A stretch of 64,000 nucleotides of DNA from Dehalococcoidia bacterium. GTDB lineage: Bacteria > Chloroflexota > Dehalococcoidia > SM23-28-2 > RBG-16-64-32. The translations under genes were made by a program, and so were the position numbers. The stretch covers positions 137,393 through 201,392 of the forward strand of contig DATKDX010000047.1 of the NCBI GenBank assembly GCA_035512435.1, in the 5' to 3' direction. The notes under the pieces were generated by a model, which saw only the letters and a program-made list of their open reading frames with translations, was not told the origin of the DNA and did no database searches. Shown piece after piece: positions 1 through 8,637 of this stretch (within the stretch, counting starts at the first letter, position 1; each line of letters begins with the position of its first letter).

Positions 1-1
1 C

Positions 2-559
2 CCGGCTACGACGATAGTTCTTGCCGATTACACGCCTGCCTGGGCGGAGCTTTTCGCCGAGGAGCGCGATCGCCTGCAGGAGGCGATCGGACAATGGGCG
101 GCGGCGATCGAGCATGTAGGCAGCACGGCGATCCCCGGAATCGCGGCCAAGCCGATCGTAGATATCGGGGTGGCGCTGCACGACCTGGGTGATGCGATCA
201 AGTGCATCACTCCGCTGGTAGAGATGGGATACGAGTGCAAGGGCGAGTTCGGCATCCCAGAGCGCATCTACTTCCGCAAACCGACCGACGAACCGCTGCC
301 CGGACAGATCAACGACGGCGTCGGGCGGACGCACCAGATCCACATGTATCAGCGCGACCACCACCAGTTCATCTGGCACATCGCCTTCCGCGATTATCTG
401 CGTGCCCACGCGGAGGAGCGCGACGCCTACGAGGCCCTGAAACGGCGTCTGGCCATCGAGCACGCCGGGGACATCGAGGCCTACGCCGAGGCGAAGGGCG
501 ACTTCGTGCAGGGCGTCCTGCGCAAGGCAGGGGTGCCGGCCAGGGAGGCGAGCGGCTGA
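2..559 (+). CDS. GrpB family protein (N-terminus outside window)
   Basis: The frame is open from the window edge. The translation ...IEHVGSTAIPGIAAKPIVDIGV...THQIHMY...FRDYLRAHAEERDAYEALKRRLA fits the GrpB/UPF0157 family as I recall it. Its stop overlaps the next start (TGATG at 557-561). Confidence 0.75.
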   Translation, partial: PATTIVLADYTPAWAELFAEERDRLQEAIGQWAAAIEHVGSTAIPGIAAKPIVDIGVALHDLGDAIKCITPLVEMGYECKGEFGIPERIYFRKPTDEPLPGQINDGVGRTHQIHMYQRDHHQFIWHIAFRDYLRAHAEERDAYEALKRRLAIEHAGDIEAYAEAKGDFVQGVLRKAGVPAREASG

Positions 560-1434
560 TGGCCAGGTACGAATTCCGCACGGTCGACGCCTTTACCAGC
601 GTTCCGTTCAAGGGCAACCCCGTCGCCGTCGTACTGGATGCGGACGCGCTCTCCGACGAGGAGATGCAGACAGTCGCCAGCTGGACCAACCTCTCGGAGA
701 CGACGTTTCTCTGTGAGCCGACGCCCGAATCCGGCGCGGACTACCGGCTGCGCATCTTCACCCCGCAGAATGAGCTGGCGTTCGCAGGGCACCCGACGAT
801 CGGGACGGCGCACGCTTACCTTGAGAGCGGCCGCGCGCGGCTGGACCCGGAGGTACTGCGGATGGAGTGCGGGCTAGGGGTGCTTGCTATCCGTACTGAG
901 CAGATTGGCGACGAGCAAATCATCTTCACGGAGACGCCGGCGGCGGAATTCATTCACGAGTTCGGAACGTCGGCCGACGCGATCTCGGCGGCGCTGGGCG
1001 TGCCGGTGGGCGAGAGCCCGCCACCGGCCTCGATCTACAACGGGCCGACGTGGTGCTTTGTGTACGTGCCGGATGGGGCGGACTTCGACCGCCTGAAGCC
1101 GGACTTCTCAGCGATCACGCGGCTGAGCGACGACTTCTCGCTGACGGGCTTCGCCGTGTTCACGCTGACGGGCGCCGATCCGGCGGTACGCATCCGTTGC
1201 TTCTGCCCCATCATCGAGGTGCCGGAGGACCCGGTAACGGGCAGCGCTAACGGCTCGCTGCCGACATACCTCGCCCGCTACGATCTGCTGCAGAAGACGG
1301 GACGCTCCTACGTCTCGAGCCAGGGCAGGGAGATTGGCCGGGACGGCCGCGTGCAAATCCGTGTTCGCGAGGACGACCGGGTGGAGGTGGGCGGGGCGGC
1401 TGTGACGGTGGTTGCGGGGGAGATCCGGCTGTGA
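559..1434 (+). CDS. PhzF family phenazine-biosynthesis-like isomerase
   Basis: 291 aa. The N-terminus MARYEFRTVDAFTSVPFKGNPVAVV and the motif FAGHPTIGTAHAY are typical of PhzF/YddE. The ATG overlaps the upstream stop. Confidence 0.85.
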   Translation: MARYEFRTVDAFTSVPFKGNPVAVVLDADALSDEEMQTVASWTNLSETTFLCEPTPESGADYRLRIFTPQNELAFAGHPTIGTAHAYLESGRARLDPEVLRMECGLGVLAIRTEQIGDEQIIFTETPAAEFIHEFGTSADAISAALGVPVGESPPPASIYNGPTWCFVYVPDGADFDRLKPDFSAITRLSDDFSLTGFAVFTLTGADPAVRIRCFCPIIEVPEDPVTGSANGSLPTYLARYDLLQKTGRSYVSSQGREIGRDGRVQIRVREDDRVEVGGAAVTVVAGEIRL

Positions 1435-1805
1435 GGGCCACGACGGCCTCGCGTGTCCGGGCGAAGCGGGTGTATGAAACGACCGACGCGGTGGATGGCT
1501 GGCGAATCCTGGTCACACAATACTGGCCGCGAGGAATATCGCGAGAATCGGTGGATGAGTACGTCCGGGTGCTGGGTCCGTCGCGCGAGCTGCTGGCGGC
1601 ATACCGGTCCGGCCAGATTTCCTGGACGGACTACCGGATGCGCTTCCTGGACGAGATGGACGGCGAAGCGCAGCGGGCGGAGATACATCGCCTGGCGAAG
1701 CTGGCTCGTTCGGAAACGATCACGATACTGTGTGTCTGCGACGATCCCGAGAAGTGCCACCGCTGGCTGCTGCGCGACCTGATCGCGAGGTTCGATGACG
1801 ACTGA
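1431..1805 (+). CDS. DUF488 domain-containing protein
   Basis: 124 aa. RVYE..DGWRILVTQYWPRG...LGPSRELL...LLCVCDDPEKCHR matches the DUF488 (YeaO-like) pattern. The GTG start overlaps the PhzF stop (GTGA). Confidence 0.75.
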   Translation: MRATTASRVRAKRVYETTDAVDGWRILVTQYWPRGISRESVDEYVRVLGPSRELLAAYRSGQISWTDYRMRFLDEMDGEAQRAEIHRLAKLARSETITILCVCDDPEKCHRWLLRDLIARFDDD

Positions 1806-2588
1806 TGAGCATCCTCGACTTTTTGTTCGGCACGGCAAAGTACCACCGGAGCACGGTGATCACGGACGTTACTCGCATGCGCGACGGAAGGGTCTGCGTA
1901 GCCGCCCTGAAGGGGGCGCGACAGATTCGTCTAGCCAACCCTCAGCCTGACGAAGACTGGCTCGAGAGCATCGGCGGACTGACGCCGGGGACGCTCGTCG
2001 ATCTATCGTGGCAGCAGGCACGCCCGACGGAACGGCCACACGTAGAGGACGGGCACTGGATGCCCGCGAGGTTTTCGCAAGGTGCGGAAGACCGGCGTGC
2101 CAGCCTTGTGGGAGCGGCTCGAGGCGGGGAAATCGATACGAGCAGCGTTCGGCGACCCCCTCTACTTCGCGTGGAGGGGCAACCCGGCCTTCCCGCCCAG
2201 CCGTGGTAACCGGTCACTGGCGACGATCCGAGCGAAATCTGTCCGCGCTTACCGGGTAAACGGGAAGATCCGTGCGGACTTCGAGGACGGCGAGGGCAAG
2301 TGGACGATGGTGCCCGTCGAAGACCTGCGTCTCTGGCATCAGGCGAGAGGGTGCGACGAGTGCCGCGGCGACGCGTTCGACCGGCGCCTCGAATCAGAAG
2401 TGACTGGAAAGGGAGCGTTGTTGCGGATTGGCCTCGGCAGGCCGTTTCGGCCCGATGGCCAGCAGCGCGGCTGCTTCCTGCAAATCAATTCTGTCGTCTG
2501 GCCCAACCGCAAGGGCCTGCACTTGCACGGCGAAGTGGCTTCGGCCATCGGAATGTTTCCAGAACCGGAGAGGATCGCCGTTAGATAG
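1805..2588 (+). pseudogene. Dual-OB-like conserved hypothetical (DUF488 partner), split by a frameshift
   Basis: ORF 1805-2209 (MSILDFLFG..RMRDGRVCVAAL..PHVEDGHWMPARF) and ORF 2082-2588 (..IRADFEDGEGKWTMVPVEDL..LLRIGLGRPF..CFLQINSV) lie in different frames and overlap. Sensible sequence continues across a T4 run at 2072-2075. The ATG overlaps the DUF488 stop (TGATG). Confidence 0.55.
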
Positions 2589-2824
2589 GCATGGGGCTCG
2601 ACAACTGGATACGCACGACCCGTTAGCATCGGCTCCCACCCGCGGCACAACGTATAATCGCCAGCGAACGCCACACCGCGTGCGGAGGGCGACGGAGCTT
2701 CGGCGCCGAGGGGTGGCCCGCGCACAACCTCCGGGCGGGCGGGTGGGAGGCACAAACCTAAGCGACACACAGCAGTGGATGTAAACGCCAGGCACCGCTT
2801 GGCGCAATTACCAGGAGAACACCC

Positions 2825-3805
2825 ATGACCACCCTCAACATCATCGCCGAAGGCACATCCGAATACCTCAAAGTCGACCCTGACGGCTTCCGTGAGTACG
2901 TCCGCGACAACAAGCAGCGGGCGATGGTGCCCAAGGTGATGTCGGAGAAGGAGGCCGTCGAGAAGTTTGTGGCCGACGGGGATTACCTGGTGTACGAGTG
3001 CAACTACCTGCAGCGCGGCCCTGCCGCCCTTATCCGTGAGGTGATACGGCAGGAAAAGAAGGATTTGTGGCTCGGCGCGAAGTTCACCTGGGTCGCGGCG
3101 GCGCTGCTGGTCGGCGGGGGCTGCGTGTCGAAGCTGGACGTCGGCTTCTTTCTTTTCGGCCCCGTCGTCGAGCAGGCCATCCGCGAGGGCAAGGTCAAGG
3201 CCTACGAATACTCGAACGTCGTTATGTCGAACAGGATCATGGCCGGGGCGATGGGGCTGCCCTTCATCCCGGTGCGCAGTTTCGGCGGCACGGACGGCTT
3301 CAATCATTCCGGCGCGAAGCTGATCGAGGACCCCTACACTGGCCTACCGATCACTATCGTGCCGGCGCTTAATCCTGACGTGGCGCTCATCCACGCCCAT
3401 CAGGCCGATGTCTACGGCAACGCCCGCATCTACGGCACCGGCATCTCGCACGTTGAGTCGGCGCTGGCGTCGAAGAAGGTGATCATTTCGGCGGAGGAGA
3501 TTGTCGACACGGAGGAGATCCGCCGCGACCCTGCCGCCACGTCTGTTCCGTACTACGTCGTCGACGCGGTCGTCCACGCTCCCTTCGGCGCCTACCCCGG
3601 CGAGATGCAGGGCCGCTACTCCAGCGATGTCGGGCACGTCGTGGAGGTCGTCGGCGCGACGATGCGGGGCTTCATCCCGCAGTACCTGGACAAGTACGTC
3701 TACGGCGTCGCCAACCACACCGAGTTCATGGACAAGCTAGTGGGGTTTCAGAGGATGCGGGACATCGTCGCGCGGGCGACGATCAAGGAGGGGTATGGGG
3801 TGTGA
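2825..3805 (+). CDS. CoA-transferase subunit A (family I, glutaconate/3-oxoacid type)
   Basis: 326 aa. MSEKEAVEKFVADGDYL... and ..IHAHQADVYGNARIYG.. are typical of the alpha subunit. An RBS-like AGGAGA lies upstream of the ATG. Confidence 0.85.
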   Translation: MTTLNIIAEGTSEYLKVDPDGFREYVRDNKQRAMVPKVMSEKEAVEKFVADGDYLVYECNYLQRGPAALIREVIRQEKKDLWLGAKFTWVAAALLVGGGCVSKLDVGFFLFGPVVEQAIREGKVKAYEYSNVVMSNRIMAGAMGLPFIPVRSFGGTDGFNHSGAKLIEDPYTGLPITIVPALNPDVALIHAHQADVYGNARIYGTGISHVESALASKKVIISAEEIVDTEEIRRDPAATSVPYYVVDAVVHAPFGAYPGEMQGRYSSDVGHVVEVVGATMRGFIPQYLDKYVYGVANHTEFMDKLVGFQRMRDIVARATIKEGYGV

Positions 3806-4032
3806 CCGGGCGAACGATCGATGAACGCGGTCCGGAGCTCATGTGGAGTCTCGTCGACAAGACCCACGAGGCAATCCTTGACAATCCACTTCTGGCCATC
3901 GACGACTCGACCTACATATACCTGTGGCGCTCGCCAGTTACGTACGCTGAGGATGAGCAATACTACGCCGTGGCGTACACTCTCATTTCTGGCGATAGGA
4001 ACGTGCGTGACTCCGTTCAGGAGTTAGCCTGA
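3802..4032 (+). CDS. Hypothetical small protein, possibly a decayed BrnT-like toxin
   Basis: 76 aa. The GTG start overlaps the stop of the preceding gene (GTGTGA). GC is lower than in the flanks. There is weak resemblance (DNPLLAIDD...EDEQYYAVAYTL) to the DUF497/BrnT core. It sits upstream of a BrnA-like antitoxin. Confidence 0.3.
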   Translation: MTGRTIDERGPELMWSLVDKTHEAILDNPLLAIDDSTYIYLWRSPVTYAEDEQYYAVAYTLISGDRNVRDSVQELA

Positions 4033-4152
4033 ACCGCTGAAGGCCGCTGTGATGGTCGTATTCGTGCTGGGACAGCGCGTCGCTCGCATAATTACGGCCC
4101 GAGAGATGACGCTGACTGAACGTCGTAGATTCCGAAGAAAGTAGGAACTCAG

Positions 4153-4464
4153 ATGGCACGCGCACCTACTCAGAAGAAGCAACGCGACTGGCTCGCGGAG
4201 AGCGATTACTGGGACAGCCTGTCGATCGACGAGATTCTGGCCATGTCCGAGCCCGCGGACGATGTGACGTTCGTCGACAGGCGCCCCAAGAAGGCGATCT
4301 CCCTTCGCCTGACGGGGCGCCTTATCGATGAAGGCAAGAAGGCCGCCTCCGAGGTCGGCATCGGTTACCAGACCCTCTTCCGCATGTGGATCATCGACGG
4401 TCTCAAGCGCTACAAGATCGATGAGCTAGAGCAGGCCGCGAAGCGGGGGCGCAAGTCCGCGTAG
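4153..4464 (+). CDS. BrnA-like / CopG-type antitoxin
   Basis: 103 aa. KKAISLRLTGRLIDEGKKAASEVGIGYQTLFRMWIIDGLKR matches the ISxRL...G(I/V)xYQTL signature of BrnA (COG3514-type) antitoxins. Confidence 0.6.
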   Translation: MARAPTQKKQRDWLAESDYWDSLSIDEILAMSEPADDVTFVDRRPKKAISLRLTGRLIDEGKKAASEVGIGYQTLFRMWIIDGLKRYKIDELEQAAKRGRKSA

Positions 4465-4483
4465 TCTGGGCTATCATCCACTC

Positions 4484-5272
4484 GTGCAATCCGCCACCGT
4501 CAACGGCATTCGCATTGCCTACCAGCGCGCCGGTTCCGGGCCGCCGCTCGTCCTGCTGCACGGCTTCATCTGTGATTCGCGCGCCTGGGGTCCGCAGATT
4601 GATGACCTGTCGGGCGACTTCGATGTCATTGCCTGGGACGCACCCGGCTGCGGCCAGTCCGATGACCCGCCGGAAGACTTCACGATGGCCCAGTTCACGG
4701 AGTGCCTGGCGGGCCTGCTGGACTACGCCGGCGTCGAATCGGCGCATTTCGCCGGGCTGTCCTGGGGCGGCACCTGCATCCTGGAGTTCTATCGCTTGCA
4801 CAAGGAGCGCGTCCGTTCCATCATTCTCGCCGACTCCTACGCCGGCTGGACCGGCTCACTCGGCGCCGATGCCGCGGCTGCGCGCCTGGAGCGCTGCCTC
4901 AACGAGTCACGACTGCCGGCGCACGAGTGGATCCCGGAGTGGGTGCCTGACGCGTTCAGCGCCGCCGCCCCGCAGTCCCTCCTCGACCAATACGCCGCCA
5001 TCATGAACGACTTCCACCCCGTCGGCTTCCGCGCGATGTCGCGCGCCGTGACGCCCGACTTCAGCCACGTCCTGCCGACGATCGGGGTGCCTACGCTCCT
5101 TCTCTGGGGCGACGACGACAGGCGCTCGCCGCTCGCGGCAGGCGAGGAGATGAGCGCTGCAATCCCGGACTCGCGCCTCGTCGTCATCCCGAACTCAGGC
5201 CACGTCAGCAACTACGAGCAGCCGGACCGGTTCAACGCAGAGGTCCGGGGGTTCCTGCAGACAGTTGCCTGA
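4484..5272 (+). CDS. Alpha/beta fold hydrolase
   Basis: 262 aa. PLVLLHGF oxyanion region, a GLSWGG nucleophile elbow (GxSxG), and a C-terminal IPNSGHVSNYEQPDRF. Confidence 0.85.
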   Translation: MQSATVNGIRIAYQRAGSGPPLVLLHGFICDSRAWGPQIDDLSGDFDVIAWDAPGCGQSDDPPEDFTMAQFTECLAGLLDYAGVESAHFAGLSWGGTCILEFYRLHKERVRSIILADSYAGWTGSLGADAAAARLERCLNESRLPAHEWIPEWVPDAFSAAAPQSLLDQYAAIMNDFHPVGFRAMSRAVTPDFSHVLPTIGVPTLLLWGDDDRRSPLAAGEEMSAAIPDSRLVVIPNSGHVSNYEQPDRFNAEVRGFLQTVA

Positions 5273-5320
5273 CCGGGATTACTCCACATCCGCTATACTC
5301 CACCAGCGGAGGACCCAGCT

Positions 5321-6196
5321 ATGACCGGAACCCCGGCAACCTACTTCAACGAGCGCGAGCACCAGATCTGCCTCGTGGCCCGCATGATCGAGGACGGCAG
5401 GACTTACTGGGTGGCGGGCGGCGGGTCGCCGATGGCGAGCATCCTTCTTGCGAAGAAGCTGTACTCTCCGGGAGCCGTTTACGTCACCGAGGATGGGGTC
5501 ATCAACCCGGAGCCGATGCTGCCGCTGGACCCGCTGATGACGATGGTTAGTTCTCGGGCGTCGTACCGGGCGCTTCAGTGGGGGACGATGAACAGCGTTG
5601 GCTTCCAGGCCCAGACGGGCCTGATGGATGTCGGCATCCTGAATACGCTGCAGGTGGACCCTTACGGCAACATCAACTCGACGGCGCTGGGCGATTACGA
5701 AGGCGAGCACCGGCGCTTCGGCGGGCCGGGAGGCGCCGACTCGATCGCTTCGATGTGCTGGAAGACGATCCTGATGACAGACCAACAGAAGCGGAAGTTT
5801 GTGCCACGGGTCGACTTCATCTCTTCGCCGGGATGGCTCGACGGCACGGAGGGCGCCCGCGAGCGCGCCGGCCTGCCACGCGGCACCGAGCCATACCGCG
5901 TCGTCACTCCGTGGGCGCTTTTCGACTACGAAGAGCGCTACATGCGGCTTATCGGCGTCTCGCCGTTCGTAACGGTGGACGCGGTGCTTGCGGAGATGTC
6001 GTTCGAGCCGAAGATGGCGGCGGAAATCGAGACGCTGCAGACGCCGACCGAGGAAGAACTAGAGATACTGCGCAGCGAGCTGGACCAGCGCGGCCAGATT
6101 ACGGACGTGGGAAAGCCGATCATTCGTCTCGACGACGGGACATATCAGTTCGTCGAAGAGGAGAAGGAAGCGAAGGAGCTGCCGAGCAGCTGGTAG
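5321..6196 (+). CDS. CoA-transferase subunit B (family I)
   Basis: 291 aa. ..AGGGSPMASILLAKKLYSPGAVYVTEDGVI.. and ..LQVDPYGNINST..GGPGGA.. are typical of the beta subunit. A GGAGG RBS lies upstream. Confidence 0.85.
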   Translation: MTGTPATYFNEREHQICLVARMIEDGRTYWVAGGGSPMASILLAKKLYSPGAVYVTEDGVINPEPMLPLDPLMTMVSSRASYRALQWGTMNSVGFQAQTGLMDVGILNTLQVDPYGNINSTALGDYEGEHRRFGGPGGADSIASMCWKTILMTDQQKRKFVPRVDFISSPGWLDGTEGARERAGLPRGTEPYRVVTPWALFDYEERYMRLIGVSPFVTVDAVLAEMSFEPKMAAEIETLQTPTEEELEILRSELDQRGQITDVGKPIIRLDDGTYQFVEEEKEAKELPSSW

Positions 6197-6949
6197 CTAC
6201 CTGAACAGATCCATCTCCCGCGGGCGGATGAGGTCTCGCGAGGAGCCGTCCCCCCTGGGGTACTGATAACCGCGGATGATGGCGACCGGTACGCCGTCCA
6301 GCTTGTTCTGGACGAGTTCTGCGGCGCCTGCGAGCTCGTCGGCGACGCAGAGGGTGCTGACTCGCAGTTCGTAGCCGTGGCTGTCCGTCTGGCCCACGTA
6401 GTCGGCGAACGCGGACATGCCTGCGAGGCCAATTGCGATGTTGGTATGGCCTTCGCGGAAGGGGCGGCCGAACGTATCGCTCATGATGACGGCGATGTCG
6501 TGGCCGGTTGCCTCGCGGATGTGGTCGCGGATGCGGTGGCAGGAGGCGTCGGGGTCCTGCGGCAGGAGGCAAACGGTGCCCTCTGGGCCGACGTTCGAGG
6601 CGTCGATGCCTGCGTTGGCACAGACGAAGCCGTGATGCGTCTCCGTGATAAGTACGGGCCCGCGCTGGCGCACGACGCGCACGCTCTCGCGGAGGATTAG
6701 CTCTACGAGGCGCGGGTCTTTCTCCGTCTCGGAGGCCAGGCGCTCGGCTTCGGCTGACGGCGTGACTTCGGAGAGGGCGATGACGCGGCCCTCGGCCTTG
6801 GAGACGATCTTCTGCGTGACGACGAGGACGTCGCCCGATTCGATACCGGGATCGGCGTGCGCAGCGGCAACGATGAGGGCGCCAACGTCATCGCCCGCGT
6901 GGACCTCCGGGATGCCGCGAACAGGCAGGATCGTGACGGTGCCGTCCAA
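6197..6949 (-). CDS. cofE: Coenzyme F420-0:L-glutamate ligase
   Basis: 250 aa. ..GDVLVVTQKIVSKAEGR.. ..HGFVCANAGIDASNV.. ..IMSDTFGRPFREG.. is a CofE/FbiB N-domain signature. Confidence 0.85.
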   Translation of the reverse strand: MDGTVTILPVRGIPEVHAGDDVGALIVAAAHADPGIESGDVLVVTQKIVSKAEGRVIALSEVTPSAEAERLASETEKDPRLVELILRESVRVVRQRGPVLITETHHGFVCANAGIDASNVGPEGTVCLLPQDPDASCHRIRDHIREATGHDIAVIMSDTFGRPFREGHTNIAIGLAGMSAFADYVGQTDSHGYELRVSTLCVADELAGAAELVQNKLDGVPVAIIRGYQYPRGDGSSRDLIRPREMDLFR

Positions 6950-6958
6950 TCGCGTTTC

Positions 6959-7612
6959 CTATATCCCGGTGATGCGGATGCCGGTGTGCGCCTTGTAGTT
7001 CTTGTTCAAATGGAGGAGAAGCACCGTCAGTTGCTCGGTGTAGCGGGAGTTCTTAAGCGCGCCTCCGTCGAGCCCGCGGACGTAGTTGATCTCCTCGACG
7101 AGGTCCAGGACTTTGCGCTTGGCGCTCTTGTCGTCGCCGCAGACGACGACGTCGCCCTGCATGGGCGTGTCGACTCTCTGCAGTTGCTTTGCATCAAGGT
7201 GATGGAAGGCGCTGATGACTTTGGCGTTGGGAAGGAGGGCCTGGGCCTCCTCGGCGGCGGAGCCGGCCTCGGGCATTGCAGCGCTGGGACCTTCTTCCTT
7301 GTCCCAGATCATGGGCACGACGCAGTCGACGACGACCTTGTCTTCGATAGCCTCGGCGAGTTCCTGCAGGATGTCAGCGTGTGCTGCGGCCGGGACAGTG
7401 ATGAAGACGAAATCCGCTTTAAGTGCGCCGTCCCAGTTGGGACCGCCATACAGTTCGCTTTCGGGGACGGTTTCGTGGATCTTTGCTACTGCTTCCGCCG
7501 CGCGTTCTTCGGTGCGAGATCCGATATAGATTGCGTGTCCGCTCTTTGCGAAGCGCACGGCGAGGCCGACACCTTCGGGGCCTGTGCCGCCAATGAATGC
7601 AAGTCTTGCCAT
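6959..7612 (-). CDS. npdG: NADPH-dependent F420 reductase
   Basis: 217 aa. Rossmann N-terminus MARLAFIGGTGPEGVGLA, with length and C-terminus typical of NpdG. Confidence 0.8.
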   Translation of the reverse strand: MARLAFIGGTGPEGVGLAVRFAKSGHAIYIGSRTEERAAEAVAKIHETVPESELYGGPNWDGALKADFVFITVPAAAHADILQELAEAIEDKVVVDCVVPMIWDKEEGPSAAMPEAGSAAEEAQALLPNAKVISAFHHLDAKQLQRVDTPMQGDVVVCGDDKSAKRKVLDLVEEINYVRGLDGGALKNSRYTEQLTVLLLHLNKNYKAHTGIRITGI

Positions 7613-7851
7613 TCTGCTGTTCCTCCGATAAAAAGAGGGCTCGCGCTCACCCGACGCCGCCCTGCGGCTCAGTGTACCGCGATGCTGTGCGTCGCGTCAC
7701 TTGCCAGGCCGGCGGAGCGGGGCATACAATCGTGCACGGCTTGCCGGACAGGTTGGCGCGGGGTGCGCCGTCCGGTCTTACGAGCTTTTGGCCATGCCCT
7801 CGGGCACTGCACCCCCGCAGCGAACAGCCCGGTTGAGGGATCTGTATCGGC

Positions 7852-8637
7852 ATGGCCAACGCAACGCACCACATCTCCCTACGCGACCTATCGCACGTCT
7901 TCACCGACGGGCGCACTCCGCTGCGCGCGCTGGAGGACATCTCGCTGGACGTGCCGCGGGGCGCCTTCACGTCCGTCATTGGGCCGAGCGGGTGCGGTAA
8001 GTCTACGCTGTTGCGTATCGTCGGCGGGCTAACAGAACCGTCGGAGGGGAGCGTAGCGATCGACGGCGAACGCCCTGGCATCGCGCAGCGGCATCACGAC
8101 ATCGGTTTCGTCTTCCAGGACCCAGCGCTGCTGCCGTGGCGGAGCGTCGCCGCTAATGTGCGGCTGCCGCTCGAGATTAACGGGCGCCGCCGCTCGGCAG
8201 ACGTGGACGGACTGCTCGATCTTGTGGGTTTGAGCGAGTTCCGCGACTACTATCCGCACCAGCTTTCGGGCGGCATGCAGGGGCGGGTGGCGATAGCGCG
8301 CGCGCTGGCCGTGGATCCCAGCCTGTTGCTGATGGATGAGCCCTTCGGGGCGCTGGACGAGATAACCCGCGGGTCTATGCGATACGAGTTGCTGCGCATC
8401 TGGGCATCGCAGGCGGAGGCCGCCGCGCGCAAGACGATTCTGTTTGTCACGCACTCGATCACGGAAGCGATTGTGATGTCAGACCGCGTTGTTGTGCTGA
8501 CGGGGCGACCGGGCCGAATCGTGGACCAGGTTGACATTGAGTTGCGCCGTCCGCGAACCCGTGAGATCGAGCGCAGCACGCCGTTCCTGGACTACGCCGA
8601 CCACCTGCGCGGACTGCTGAACGGGGCGGCGGCGTGA
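7852..8637 (+). CDS. ABC transporter ATP-binding protein (NitT/TauT family)
   Basis: Walker A GPSGCGKST, signature LSGGMQGR, Walker B LLLMDEPF. Confidence 0.9.
   Translation: MANATHHISLRDLSHVFTDGRTPLRALEDISLDVPRGAFTSVIGPSGCGKSTLLRIVGGLTEPSEGSVAIDGERPGIAQRHHDIGFVFQDPALLPWRSVAANVRLPLEINGRRRSADVDGLLDLVGLSEFRDYYPHQLSGGMQGRVAIARALAVDPSLLLMDEPFGALDEITRGSMRYELLRIWASQAEAAARKTILFVTHSITEAIVMSDRVVVLTGRPGRIVDQVDIELRRPRTREIERSTPFLDYADHLRGLLNGAAA

Noticed and set aside
2589-2824. A 236-nt GC-rich non-coding leader with a TATAAT hexamer upstream of the CoA-transferase gene, considered as a riboswitch or ncRNA.
   Set aside because: I could not match any conserved riboswitch core, and no convincing -35 element lies at proper spacing. 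It is left unannotated.
2339-3307. Long antisense or alternative-frame ORFs in the track. Examples: 2339-3307(-), 6857-8032(+), 9355-10419(-), 16968-17954(-), 40701-41861(-), 53150-54388(-), 55918-57297(+), 60633-61421(-).
   Set aside because: They overlap genes with strong family signatures on the other strand or frame. They have Arg/Pro/Ala/Gly-rich compositions typical of off-frame translation of high-GC DNA. I treat them as GC-driven artefacts.
7613-7851. Possible TPP riboswitch upstream of the ABC transporter with an NMT1/THI5-like binding protein (a GGGGTGC element is present).
   Set aside because: The CTGAGA element and the pyrimidine-sensor helix consensus are absent. GCGGGGTGC simply pairs with GCACCCCCGC about 60 nt downstream as an ordinary hairpin. 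A covariance-model scan (Rfam RF00059) would settle it.
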